A stretch of 62,903 nucleotides of DNA, counting the filler, from Stramenopiles sp. TOSAG23-3 (taxonomy: Eukaryota), in assembly GCA_900128585.1 (NCBI GenBank). It is 9 parts of 9 records of this genome, joined end to end, with 100 filler letters (N's around TTAATTAATTAA, not from the genome) between each part and the next. Parts side by side here need not be neighbours in the genome. Positions count along the whole stretch, not along the records: positions 25,674 to 34,112 come from LT643019.1; positions 34,213 to 42,638 come from LT643020.1; 7 more parts are not named here. One strand, given 5' to 3'. The position numbers and the translations under genes were made by a program. The notes under the pieces were generated by a model, which was not told the DNA's origin, did no database searches, and worked only from the letters and a program-made list of their open reading frames with translations. Shown here one piece after another: positions 30,379-40,507 of the stretch; positions within the stretch are counted from its first letter, which is position 1, and every line of letters starts with the position of its first letter.

Positions 30379-32715
30379 ATGATACCGTCTCCGCTTTCCT
30401 CGCCTGCTTACAGCAGTGGCAGTGACGATGATAGAGACGGGTCAGGCAAGGAAGTTTCTCACACGAACAATAAAAAACCAGCAGTTGCCCCGTCAACGTT
30501 AACAGCGAAGGAAAGTGCAGATAGGAAGGCCACCAAGAGCCGGCTAAAAGCGGAGGGAATAAATAGTATGTACATGGAATTGAGAGAGGAGGTTTATGTG
30601 CGCCTAAGTGCGCTTCGAGAAAGTGAAAGTGGCATTGACAGCTTGAAACACTATTTCTTGGACGTCCCGAACTCCGAGCAAGCAGTAGTTCTTGGTCTCC
30701 TGACTCTACACTTTTTCCAGATGCAAGAATTCGACGAGACAAGTTTGTCGTTCCTTCGCCTCACATTTTCGGTATCGGAGCGGCAGAGGATGGGTATGAT
30801 TGGCGTGATCGACAAAATGTTGCGGTACGAAAGAAAGAACAGGGCGAAGCTCGCAAGCCGCAATTCCGTTCGTTACAGTGACGTTTGGGCGGAGCATCTC
30901 CCGGCGATCGTCAAGGCCTGCTGCAACGGTATAACGTCCGCGAAACTCACAAAAGTTCAAAAGTTTCTTTCGCACTGGCGCAAGGGGCGGTTTCTACTAC
31001 CGTTTCTTCAGGACAAGGTGGAATCCGCTGCAAATTCAGTGATAACGGGGCGAGCTGCCCGGAGAGGCACCTCGGGGGGGACGACGAAAAGAAAACGGGA
31101 ACGTGACAAAAAGTCGCTGTCGTCCAGGCACAAAGCAGCCAAAGAGCCGAGATCGTCCAGCGGACAATCAAGGTGGATCATGGACACCCTAGACCTCGAG
31201 ATTCCTGTGGACGAAAGTGAGTTCTTTTTGTCTGTTACCCCCCCGCCGCGCAGTTCAGACGACGAGGATTTTCACGTGGAAAAAGACGAAGCCCGACTCC
31301 GACAGGAAGAAATCGAACGCGAGGAACGGGCCAGGGAGCGCATGCGAAACATGTTCCCGTTGAATGTGTACAACAAAGAGACCGATGAAAACCGCAGGCG
31401 GCGGTCGCTGGGCAGGTACAATTTCAGTTTCGTGCCCAGCACAGACCTAGCTTCACCGGTCTCGGAGCGTGCCCGGTCGCAGTGCATGACTGACATTATG
31501 ATTCAGATGAAGGTAGCAACTAAATGCCAGGACGAGAAGATTGCTGGAAAACTGGTAGGAAACTGGATGTTTGACCTTGTCCACATACGATCGGCCCACG
31601 GTGGCTCGGGAAGGAAGGGGCCAAAGCTGGACCCGGTCTTTCAGGCCGACAATTATCCGGCCTTAAAAGAAGCGTTCAACCATCGGTTCAAGGCCAGCAA
31701 TTTGATTAAAAGCGGCAGCGCCGTTTCCAAGCCAGAGGAGGTTTCAAAGCTGTGCGATAAACTTTACAAGGAGGTGATTTGTGGCCACATGTGTGCGCAT
31801 GCCGAAAAGATCGGAGGGGGCAGACAAAGGGATGGGAAGGTGATCATGGTGAAGGACGCGTCTCAAATAGCCTCCAAGCACCCTCTGGTGAAGCTGGTGT
31901 TGCAAGGCACAGACGCAAACATCAAACTGCTGCAGTCAAAGTACGACCAATTGAAACACGAATTTCTTGCAGACCACGCATTTGAAAACCATAAGGGAAC
32001 GTCTCAAACAGAGCAGCAGAGCACCGACCTGTTCCACACTAGGCTGTTTTGCATGCAGTTGCGGTACGAAACGCTGTTTGCGAACAACTCGGGCTCCCAG
32101 GGGGCCGTGCCCCCCATCGTGTTCGATTTGCTTCGGAAACTGGTGAACGTCGACGGGGAATGCTTTGCGTCGCCCTTGAACCATACCCTTCCGTTGTACT
32201 TCAGTGCATTCCCAGACGTGGACCAACCGTTTGGGAGCCTCGGGTCATTCTTCGACGACCGTTACAACGTAGTAGTATCGGGATGCTGGGAATGCAACCC
32301 GCCCTTTGACATTAGGTCCATTTCACGGGCGTTGGAAAAAATGCAAACGTCCCTTGCCGCCGCCGAACAGCATCGAAGGAGCCTGACCTTTATCGTGTTT
32401 TTTAACCACACGGACAACCCATTGCTTCTTGGACAGCTTGCGGATCTGAAACCATTCACACGAGGGCAGCGGCTATTGAAAGAGCACTGCTACATGCACG
32501 GGTTTCACCACACCGAGGCGTACAACGAGTACTGGCGTTCAGAACGCCAATCGTTGTTTTCCTTGTTCCAGACAACTGGCGGGTACGCCGAACATTGCCA
32601 TTCTAACCCTCATCGAGTGAATTGGATTATGAATCAAGTTGAGCACGCCTTTTCTTTGAACCTTGTGGACGTCAGATCATCAAAAAAAAGACTGTACAAA
32701 AAAAAAAAGGAGTAA
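30379..32715 (+). CDS. PCIF1/CAPAM-like adenine N6-methyltransferase with putative N-terminal CTD-interacting domain
   Basis: LRYETL, ECFASPLN, FSAFPDVDQPFGSLGSFFD, catalytic NPPF (32296-32307). Start uncertain (30241, 30298 or 30379). Confidence 0.85.
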   Translation: MIPSPLSSPAYSSGSDDDRDGSGKEVSHTNNKKPAVAPSTLTAKESADRKATKSRLKAEGINSMYMELREEVYVRLSALRESESGIDSLKHYFLDVPNSEQAVVLGLLTLHFFQMQEFDETSLSFLRLTFSVSERQRMGMIGVIDKMLRYERKNRAKLASRNSVRYSDVWAEHLPAIVKACCNGITSAKLTKVQKFLSHWRKGRFLLPFLQDKVESAANSVITGRAARRGTSGGTTKRKRERDKKSLSSRHKAAKEPRSSSGQSRWIMDTLDLEIPVDESEFFLSVTPPPRSSDDEDFHVEKDEARLRQEEIEREERARERMRNMFPLNVYNKETDENRRRRSLGRYNFSFVPSTDLASPVSERARSQCMTDIMIQMKVATKCQDEKIAGKLVGNWMFDLVHIRSAHGGSGRKGPKLDPVFQADNYPALKEAFNHRFKASNLIKSGSAVSKPEEVSKLCDKLYKEVICGHMCAHAEKIGGGRQRDGKVIMVKDASQIASKHPLVKLVLQGTDANIKLLQSKYDQLKHEFLADHAFENHKGTSQTEQQSTDLFHTRLFCMQLRYETLFANNSGSQGAVPPIVFDLLRKLVNVDGECFASPLNHTLPLYFSAFPDVDQPFGSLGSFFDDRYNVVVSGCWECNPPFDIRSISRALEKMQTSLAAAEQHRRSLTFIVFFNHTDNPLLLGQLADLKPFTRGQRLLKEHCYMHGFHHTEAYNEYWRSERQSLFSLFQTTGGYAEHCHSNPHRVNWIMNQVEHAFSLNLVDVRSSKKRLYKKKKE

Positions 32716-32942
32716 ATTGATTAAGAAAACCACGGGAGCAGAATATTACATTCGCAGAACACATGACAGGAAGGAAAACTTTACACCTCTAATGGACAAT
32801 TAATTTTTAAATATATAAATAACAGAGCCTTTAATTTATTTAAGAGCAAAATATTAGCTGTCATTTAGGTTATTTAAAATGTATCTTCTTCTTGTACCGC
32901 GAATATTAATTCTGCTCCTACAGGGCCATTATTTTGTTTTAA

Positions 32943-33060
32943 TAACAGCCAATTTTCTTGTTAATTAATTCGGTTTAATCATCTATTTTTGCCTGTTAGA
33001 TAACAGCCAATTTTCTTGTTTTTAAATTAATTCGGTTTCATCATCTATTTTTGCCTGTTA
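32943..33060 (+). repeat. ~58-bp tandem duplication carrying the AACAGCCAATTTTCTTGTT motif
   Basis: Copies at 32943-32998 and 33001-33060. Confidence 0.9.
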
Positions 33061-33114
33061 CAAAAAACACACCCCTGTATTTAAATAACCGCGCAAATAA
33101 TTTCGGTTCAAGAA

Positions 33115-34112
33115 TTATAGTGTTGCCAGTGCAAGAATTCGGGTAGGAACATGGTTATTGTTTGGTTTGTTGCTCGCATTAGGAAAATGTTCGTTGCTCG
33201 CATGGATCACAAACCCCCCCATGTTAGTGGAGACTAAAGTGCTACGCGGGGCAGAATTCGCAGCAGAGCTAACCGCCCAATGATTTTCCCGTTCGTATAT
33301 TTTAATTAATGTACCATCAATGTCTCGAATGCCGTCAGATGTAAAACATGATTCAATGGCGGTCTCTGAGATTATTTGTTGCCCCCCTGGCGGCGCAATT
33401 TGCTGTTGCAATCTTTGGCTCTGACCATTAAGCGTTTGACTTGATAACCGTCCCACCACGTGCTCTCTGAATTTCGTTCTTGGTCGTTTGTTTGGTCGAG
33501 GCCCACTCGCTTCTATTGTGGGCTGGAAATTCGCCGGGGAAATTTTCGGTGTTTGGGGTACTGACGGTTCACTTGTTCCGAACACCCTGAGGTCCGACGC
33601 CCGTAGCCCCATCGACGTTGAGAATCGCTCGTTTAACCGAACCTCGTGAAGACCCTGCATGGTGCTGCCGACCTCCAGGCCAGCCTCAGCTTCCCCAAGG
33701 CTTGGTCGATTTGGCAACTGCAGCGCCGATAATATACGCGCCTCCTCGCTTGGTTCGTTCAATATTGTGCTTTGACCACCAAGTATTTGGCTTGACAACC
33801 GTCCCTCCAAAGGCTCGCTGGCTTTCGGCCTTGGTCGTTTGTTTGGTCGTGATGGACTGGCACCTTTTGAGCGCGCAATTTTTGATGTCGACCTGAAGTG
33901 ACTGTCAAAAAAGTTGTTTTTGACCCAATCGATAAAATTGTCGTGAAGTCCGCAGTTCTTGGACAACTCAATAGAAAGGATTTTCATACATGTTTCATAT
34001 TTATTTCTGTCACTGATGACGCGAGAGCTGTGTGAAGAAACAAATAGCATTTGCTCGCCATCAAGTTGAATACCAAACTCACAAGTTTCGTTACTGTCTC
34101 TGACAAACAATC
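33115..34112 (-). CDS. Hypothetical protein with duplicated RPNKRPR...GRLSSQ motif, 5' truncated
   Basis: Open frame of ~1 kb running to the gap, with an internal peptide repeat. Confidence 0.65.
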
Positions 34113-34212
34113 NNNNNNNNNNNNNNNNNNNNNNNNNNNNNNNNNNNNNNNNNNNNTTAATTAATTAANNNNNNNNNNNNNNNNNNNNNNNNNNNNNNNN
34201 NNNNNNNNNNNN

Positions 34213-36033
34213 GGGTCGAAGTGGCAGCGGAGCTCGACGAGCTTAACGGGAACGCACTATGGCGTTCCACGGCGGAGGGAACGGAGTACGACTTTGAAAT
34301 CGTGCGTAGAACGATCAACCAGCTGAGAGAGTTGCGCGAAGAAGGGGATGTTTCCGACCTGTTCTTTTCGCTCCGAACGTGCTTGAGCAGAAGCTTTGCC
34401 GGCTTGAACAACAAAGATCTGTTCAGCAATAGCAACTTGGGAACAAAGCATTTGGTGGAGGAGTTCGTGGAAGAGGTTGGCAAGTCGCTGCACTACTTGG
34501 CGGACAATGTGCCCTACAACGATGTTGATGGGGCCCAAGTGACAAAATTCTTCTATCACCTCAACCAGTCCTATGGCCGCTGTGCGCTTTGCCTTAGTGG
34601 GGGGAGGAAGTCTGACAATGTACCATATGGGTATAATAAAATGCCTGATTGAGCAGGGCTGCATGCCCTCGGTCATCTCTGGCACTAGTGGCGGCAGCAT
34701 TGTTGCCGGCATCTGCGCCATGCATACAGATGAAGTTTTGATCAAAAAGTACATTAAACCAGACATCTGCGATCGGTTCGGGGAGGACGTTCGGTTTTTC
34801 GAACCGTTCACAAAGCAGCTTTCTAATTTTTTGACGACCGGGTACCTAGCAGACCCGGAAGCGTTCAAGCACTGTGTCAAGACGTATTTTGGGGAAGTCA
34901 CCTTTGGAGAAGCGTACGAAGTTACACATCGAGTGGTGAACATTTCGGTAAGCACGCGAACCAGCAACGGGAGCCGCCCGCTGCTGCTCAATTATTTGTC
35001 CTCTCCATCCGTTCTCATTTGGAGCGCGGTGACAGCCTCCTGTGCCCTTCCCGGGCTAATCGCCTCCCAGCAGTTGATGGCGAAGAACAAGAGGGGGGAA
35101 CAGGTGCCGTATTCGCCCGGGCACGTCTACGCGGACGGGTCCATCCAAGCCGATTTGCCGATGCAGCGCTTGGCAGAACTCTTCAACGTAAATTATTTCA
35201 TAGTCGCACAAGTCAACCCACACGTCAATCCGTTTATAAGGGCCCATACGCGGCCGGGTCGTGACAAGTCGGACACCGCAATTCGGCAAATCGAATACAT
35301 GCTGAACATCGATGTGCAGCAGCGAATGAGGAAGTTGGCCAAGCTGGGCTTGATCCCGCGCGTTTACGGGAACGATATAGCGCCTGTTTTCATGCAACGG
35401 TACGTCGGAAACGTGACGATCACCCCGAACTTGTCGCTATTCGATAATTTTCGAGCCATACAGCAGCCGACGTACATGGACATGAAGCGTTACATAGCAT
35501 TTGGCCAAAAGGCCGCATGGCCCCGGCTTCCTATCATTAAGCATGCGATGGAAATTGAAACCATGCTCAGGAAATGCTCCGTGAAATGGCCTTACATGCT
35601 AGGACCAAGGGCATCCGTTGCCTTGGCTCACTCACGAAGGATGCAAGAAGCCATCGACCACGCCAAGCGCCGAGGCTCCAACGATGAAGTAGACGGCAGC
35701 CGAAGTCCCAAGTCCGGGAGCCCTGACAGCACAAACGGTTCCTATTCCCCGCCGGAATCACAGACCCTAATAGCGGAATCGGACGATGATGGCGACGCCT
35801 TTCCTTCTTCGCCTACCCCTACGCCCGGCATGGCAAAAAGGACAAAAGGCATTGATTTTGACAGGCGGTCCCCGTGGGCAAAAGCAATGCAAGCTGATGA
35901 AAACACTAGTTTTATGAAGAAGCGCTCGCTGTCTCACAACTCTTTAAGTTCGTTGCACAAAGACTCTAGGCAGGAAGAGAAGCTATGGTACAGAGGAGGA
36001 AGCAACGGTAGTGGGGAGAGAAAATTCTTTTGA
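34213..36033 (+). CDS. Patatin-like triacylglycerol lipase (SDP1/TGL3-5 type), 5' truncated, 1-nt frameshift at the G6 run 34599-34604
   Basis: GTKHLVEEF, YGRCALCLSGG(G), GTSGGS nucleophile, ASCALPG, DGS, LAELFNVNYFIVAQVNPH. Confidence 0.92.
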
Positions 36034-36683
36034 AGAACAACATTTTTTTATAATGAAATAATACTACGACGAATTATTATTTTGCCATTTCCTATACAAT
36101 AATAATATAATTATATTAAGGATATTTTATATAATACTTCAATTTTTAAATAATTAAAAGCTTCTTCCTCGAATATATAATATAAATACTATTATAATAT
36201 ACCCTTAAAATATGAAATACAGAATGAATTGTAAATAATCGTTAGTTATTATTTATCATAGAATATATTAGTCGTTGTTCTGTCTATCATAGTGTATTAT
36301 TATACTAATTAGAGAGAGGAGAGGAGGATATAAAAATTAATAAATATTAATTATACTTATTATTTATATTATTATAATAATAATATGAAGAACGACTATA
36401 TTTTTTAATAAAATCATCTTCTTTTTTTATTTACTACTATATTTTTTTTATTATAATAGACTTATTATAATAGAATATATATTAATTGTTGTTGTTTGAG
36501 TGATTTGAAGAATGATCAAATAGTATACGTACAACAATGAAAGAAATAATGGATCACAAATAGAGAGATATTTTTTACCAAAAGATAGAAACGTAGTTAT
36601 TGTTCGCAGTTGTCCATTGGCGAAGGAAAAAACGGACTTAGTCTCGACGAGTGTGTATTTTCTTTTCCTGGTGGAAGTAAATC

Positions 36684-39600
36684 ATGCGCGGATTTAGTAC
36701 GTTTTTAGTTTTTGTAGCGTTGATATCATTGGCCAACCTTCCAAAGTATGGGTCCGCAGAGCAAACTATGAAGTGGGCGCAAGTCGTCACGGCGATGAAG
36801 CGGCAGTATGTGAAACAAACGGTTTACAATGCAACAAAAAATATTGCTGAGTTTTCGCCCGAGGATCTAACCCTTGTTTCTATTAAGCCACCTGCCCGGT
36901 ATGGGCAGACATTGGTCCGTATTGGGCAGAAATATGGGGGTTCTAGCATTTTTAACAGGGCGATCATGTTTGGCGGCTTCAAAAATGGAACTTGTGGCGA
37001 GGTGTGGGAGTATAAAGTTGGCATGGTCAATTCTAACCCAGGCTTTAAAAGCGCGGACGGTACGCATACCCTTTTCGACGCCGCCGGCTCGTTCGGGGAT
37101 GAGACGTATGCGTGCTCGCAAACAAAGTTGACGAATGATTATCGCCATGTCTGTAATACGTGGAAGAAGCACACTCCAACGATAAAAAAATCAAACTGTG
37201 TGAACAATCCTGGTTCAAGAAAATTGTTTTCGGTAAAGATAGCCCCGTTTTGCTTAGGCTTAAATTCGACATCGTACTTTTCAGGAATCGATTCGGGTTC
37301 CTTCCTATTGACTCAGGAATGCACCTCCGCGTACAAACAGCGCGTTTACCTCGAGGAGCTAAATGCAGCGAAGTGTGGTATTACAAATGAAACTGGTGGA
37401 AAATGCGTTAAATTTCGATTCAAAACAAAAGTAACGGAATGGGGCGTGAGAACCGCAGGCGTGTGTGCAAGTGGGGGTGGAAACCAGACGGTACCTAGTC
37501 CCATACTAAACGTTTTGGACTGCAACGATACCTTGGTGTCACAGCGGTTTATCGTGAAAAAGTTAGGCTTCGGGGGCAACCACCTTGTGTCTGCTGCCTC
37601 GGGGCTTTGCATCACGGTGAAGGGCCAAGCGGACCCAAGCGTCCGGGGAATCATTACGTTGCAAATACATGCAATTGCATCTCTTGAACCTTGTAGCAAC
37701 AGCATGTACCAGTCGTTTGAGATACTTGCGCTGGGAATGGAGTGCACGAAAGATGCAGTCCCCTACACGAGTGATCAAGAGAGTTTGGCGAGGCTCTCAC
37801 ACACGTCCAGTTTGGCAGCAAACTCGTTGTACCCGTCCGGGGCACACGGTGCAAAAATGTTAGTATTTGGAGGGGCTAACGATAAAAAGGGTGCAAAAAA
37901 CGATCTTTGGGAGTACGATATCGAAAGAAAGATATGGACAGAAATATTTGATGGTTATGATTGGGCGCAAACCGAAGATACCCACTTACATTCAAAAAAT
38001 ATCGTTTACGAACACCTCAAAGCAAACGTTCAGGCAACGGTGTCGTCGCAAGACCGCCCACGAAAAGACGTACATTTCGAGGAAAATCCTCGCCCCAACC
38101 CTCGTATGGGCCACACAGCGACAATGGTGCACCATAAGTCAGTGTCAACAGTGGTGAAAAACATCCCGATTCACGTCAAACGATCGTTTTCGAACTTTAG
38201 TGCCCCCGGTTCTATCCTACAGACCAAGCGCGTTGTTTACGATATTGGCACTTCTATTTTTAAAGCGGACTCTGTTACTGCCCGTGGCGCCATACAAGCT
38301 ACTATTACAGAGGCTCGCAAACGAGAAGCGACGATGTGGGTGGGCGCGATCGCAAACGGTTGGGACGGGTTTTCTTATCCTTTCAATTACACTTACACTG
38401 TCGATGGAAGTAATATAATGAACTGGACGATCACGCTTGTGTCCAATACAACGCTTCGGCTCAGGAGGCCTGTGGTAAAGAAACGAACGATTAACAGTCT
38501 CTACCAGAACGATAATTTCTCAAAAGCTGACCTTCAATTGGACTATGAATACTACGAGACCCACACATACACTTGTATGAATATGACTCACACGTGCCGT
38601 ACTAAAAGTGAGGCCGTATGTGCTACTTGCGGTGGTGCTAAATTTACAGTATGGAACCCGTCTGGGGAACAGTACGACGTGGAAGAAATTAAACTGCAAA
38701 CAGTGACAGCCTCTGCTACTACCGAAGGTCTGACCAGAATGTTGATCTTTGGAGGCTGGGTGCGCCATGGAAAACAGTCGTATATTTCTTCGGAAGTGTG
38801 GGCGTTTGACTACGCCGCACAGCTGTCGATGTCGTCACAATACGATGCCAACGTATACGATACGTTGTACCACATCTTTCCGTGCTGTGGAACCATCCAA
38901 GAGTGCTGCGGGACAAGTTCAGATCCGACATTTGATCGATGCAGACTCCGGCGAGGAGTCGACGTCAATGTCAGCGCGTGCGTAGGAAGTTTGCCTACCA
39001 TTAACTTGTGGCAATTGGTTGAAACGCATAGTGCAGGGAATGGCAAGCCTCTCGGGCGGTATGGTCATGTTGCTGTAAATGTTGGCGGCACTTCTAGTTT
39101 GTTCCCATCCCGAGATAGGCTGATAGTGTTTGGCGGAGAAGGGGGCCACGGGCTGTTAGATGACGTATGGGAGCTTTCTTTGGATGCCTCGCCCACAGAT
39201 ATTTACGAGCTAGATTTTGCGCTTCAGTGTAACTTGAAGGGGGGCGTTTTGGCATTTAAACTATCACAGCTTTTGGGGGGAGCGACAAATGCTAAAGTAT
39301 CTCACTTGTCTTCTTTGCTAAAATTCAATGATACAATTGAAGATGTTGTCTCGGCACTATCCATTATTCACAAAAATGTCCAGTTTGGGTATACGTCCGC
39401 GCCAAAGGCAAACGGAACGATGCTTTGCGATTCTAGTAAACCACAGCACAGTTTCAAGTTTACAACCAGCATAGCCTTTTTGCAATCCTTAGATGCTGCC
39501 AATTTTAATAACATCATGGATGTTGTCTATTATTATCAGAATGGGACGGTGAAGCAGGTTGATACCAACAGCAGTGGGCGTGCAACTATCATACCACAAA

Positions 39601-40178
39601 CCACTTTTGTACCGGTTTCAAAGAAGTACACCTGGTACAAAACGGATGTTGGAATTGATCATAATTCATTGCCGTCGCGGCGTCGTGACCACGCGGCAGC
39701 AGTGGCTGTGAAGGGCAACAAGGAAGTTGTGTTCGTTTATGGTGGTTGGGATGTGGCAAGAATTTTGGACGATTTGTGGTACTATACACCGTCCAGCAAC
39801 GTGGGAAAAACCGGCTCTTGGACGGTGGTCAAAGCAACGACGGGGCGATATTTAGCCTGTGTTCCAAACTTCTTTAGAGAATTTGTTGATTTTTTCGGTG
39901 AGACATGCAGAAGCATGGAAGTTTCGACAAATCCGGCTCGATCCGGGCACTCTTTAGTGGCGTTAACATCAGATTTTAATTCTGATATGAGTCAACGAAA
40001 TCAAACCATTCCCCATGAGAGCATATTTTCATACGGGGGATATAGTGAAAAGGGAGTCCCAGAAGGTTTGAATTGGGACCGGTATGGTTGGCCAGGCGGA
40101 GGCGTTGAGACGGACTTTTTTGCAATGTGCCATGACGACAGAACCAGTTTCTGCAACGAACCCATTTATTTGCGCTAG
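36684..40178 (+). CDS. Secreted Kelch-repeat protein with ricin-B-lectin-like insert
   Basis: Signal peptide. Kelch blades (PPARYGQT..IMFGG, MLVFGG..NDLWEY, GRYGHVA..LIVFGG..LDDVWEL, VYGG..LDDLWYY). Ricin-like LVSAASGLCITV...LEPC...QSF. Confidence 0.85.
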   Translation: MRGFSTFLVFVALISLANLPKYGSAEQTMKWAQVVTAMKRQYVKQTVYNATKNIAEFSPEDLTLVSIKPPARYGQTLVRIGQKYGGSSIFNRAIMFGGFKNGTCGEVWEYKVGMVNSNPGFKSADGTHTLFDAAGSFGDETYACSQTKLTNDYRHVCNTWKKHTPTIKKSNCVNNPGSRKLFSVKIAPFCLGLNSTSYFSGIDSGSFLLTQECTSAYKQRVYLEELNAAKCGITNETGGKCVKFRFKTKVTEWGVRTAGVCASGGGNQTVPSPILNVLDCNDTLVSQRFIVKKLGFGGNHLVSAASGLCITVKGQADPSVRGIITLQIHAIASLEPCSNSMYQSFEILALGMECTKDAVPYTSDQESLARLSHTSSLAANSLYPSGAHGAKMLVFGGANDKKGAKNDLWEYDIERKIWTEIFDGYDWAQTEDTHLHSKNIVYEHLKANVQATVSSQDRPRKDVHFEENPRPNPRMGHTATMVHHKSVSTVVKNIPIHVKRSFSNFSAPGSILQTKRVVYDIGTSIFKADSVTARGAIQATITEARKREATMWVGAIANGWDGFSYPFNYTYTVDGSNIMNWTITLVSNTTLRLRRPVVKKRTINSLYQNDNFSKADLQLDYEYYETHTYTCMNMTHTCRTKSEAVCATCGGAKFTVWNPSGEQYDVEEIKLQTVTASATTEGLTRMLIFGGWVRHGKQSYISSEVWAFDYAAQLSMSSQYDANVYDTLYHIFPCCGTIQECCGTSSDPTFDRCRLRRGVDVNVSACVGSLPTINLWQLVETHSAGNGKPLGRYGHVAVNVGGTSSLFPSRDRLIVFGGEGGHGLLDDVWELSLDASPTDIYELDFALQCNLKGGVLAFKLSQLLGGATNAKVSHLSSLLKFNDTIEDVVSALSIIHKNVQFGYTSAPKANGTMLCDSSKPQHSFKFTTSIAFLQSLDAANFNNIMDVVYYYQNGTVKQVDTNSSGRATIIPQTTFVPVSKKYTWYKTDVGIDHNSLPSRRRDHAAAVAVKGNKEVVFVYGGWDVARILDDLWYYTPSSNVGKTGSWTVVKATTGRYLACVPNFFREFVDFFGETCRSMEVSTNPARSGHSLVALTSDFNSDMSQRNQTIPHESIFSYGGYSEKGVPEGLNWDRYGWPGGGVETDFFAMCHDDRTSFCNEPIYLR

Positions 40179-40507
40179 TGCATGCGATATTGGTGTAAAA
40201 TATGAGGAGCAGAGATGAGTTCGCAGTATTACTGAAGATGATAAATTTTAACTACGTAAATAGTAGCAGCCAATTTTTCGTTTTTAAAACAAGAAAATTG
40301 GCTGTTATTTAAAAATTTTATAACATATTGAGTGCATATATCCTTTATTTTGTAAGCGTATATAATGATATTTTGTATTTTTAAAATGAGAAAAAAGTTG
40401 CAATACCTTTTACAGTTTTCATTCTTAAACGCTTCGACCTTTCAAGCGGGGATAAAACGTGTATAAATTAAAATTTGCCCGCGCGAGCAGCATCGCTTTT
40501 GTGCTGC

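Noticed and set aside
21056-34604. Programmed +1 frameshifting at G runs (PP1, patatin)
   Set aside because: The JmjC gene needs the opposite correction at a C run. Homopolymer sequencing error explains all three more simply.
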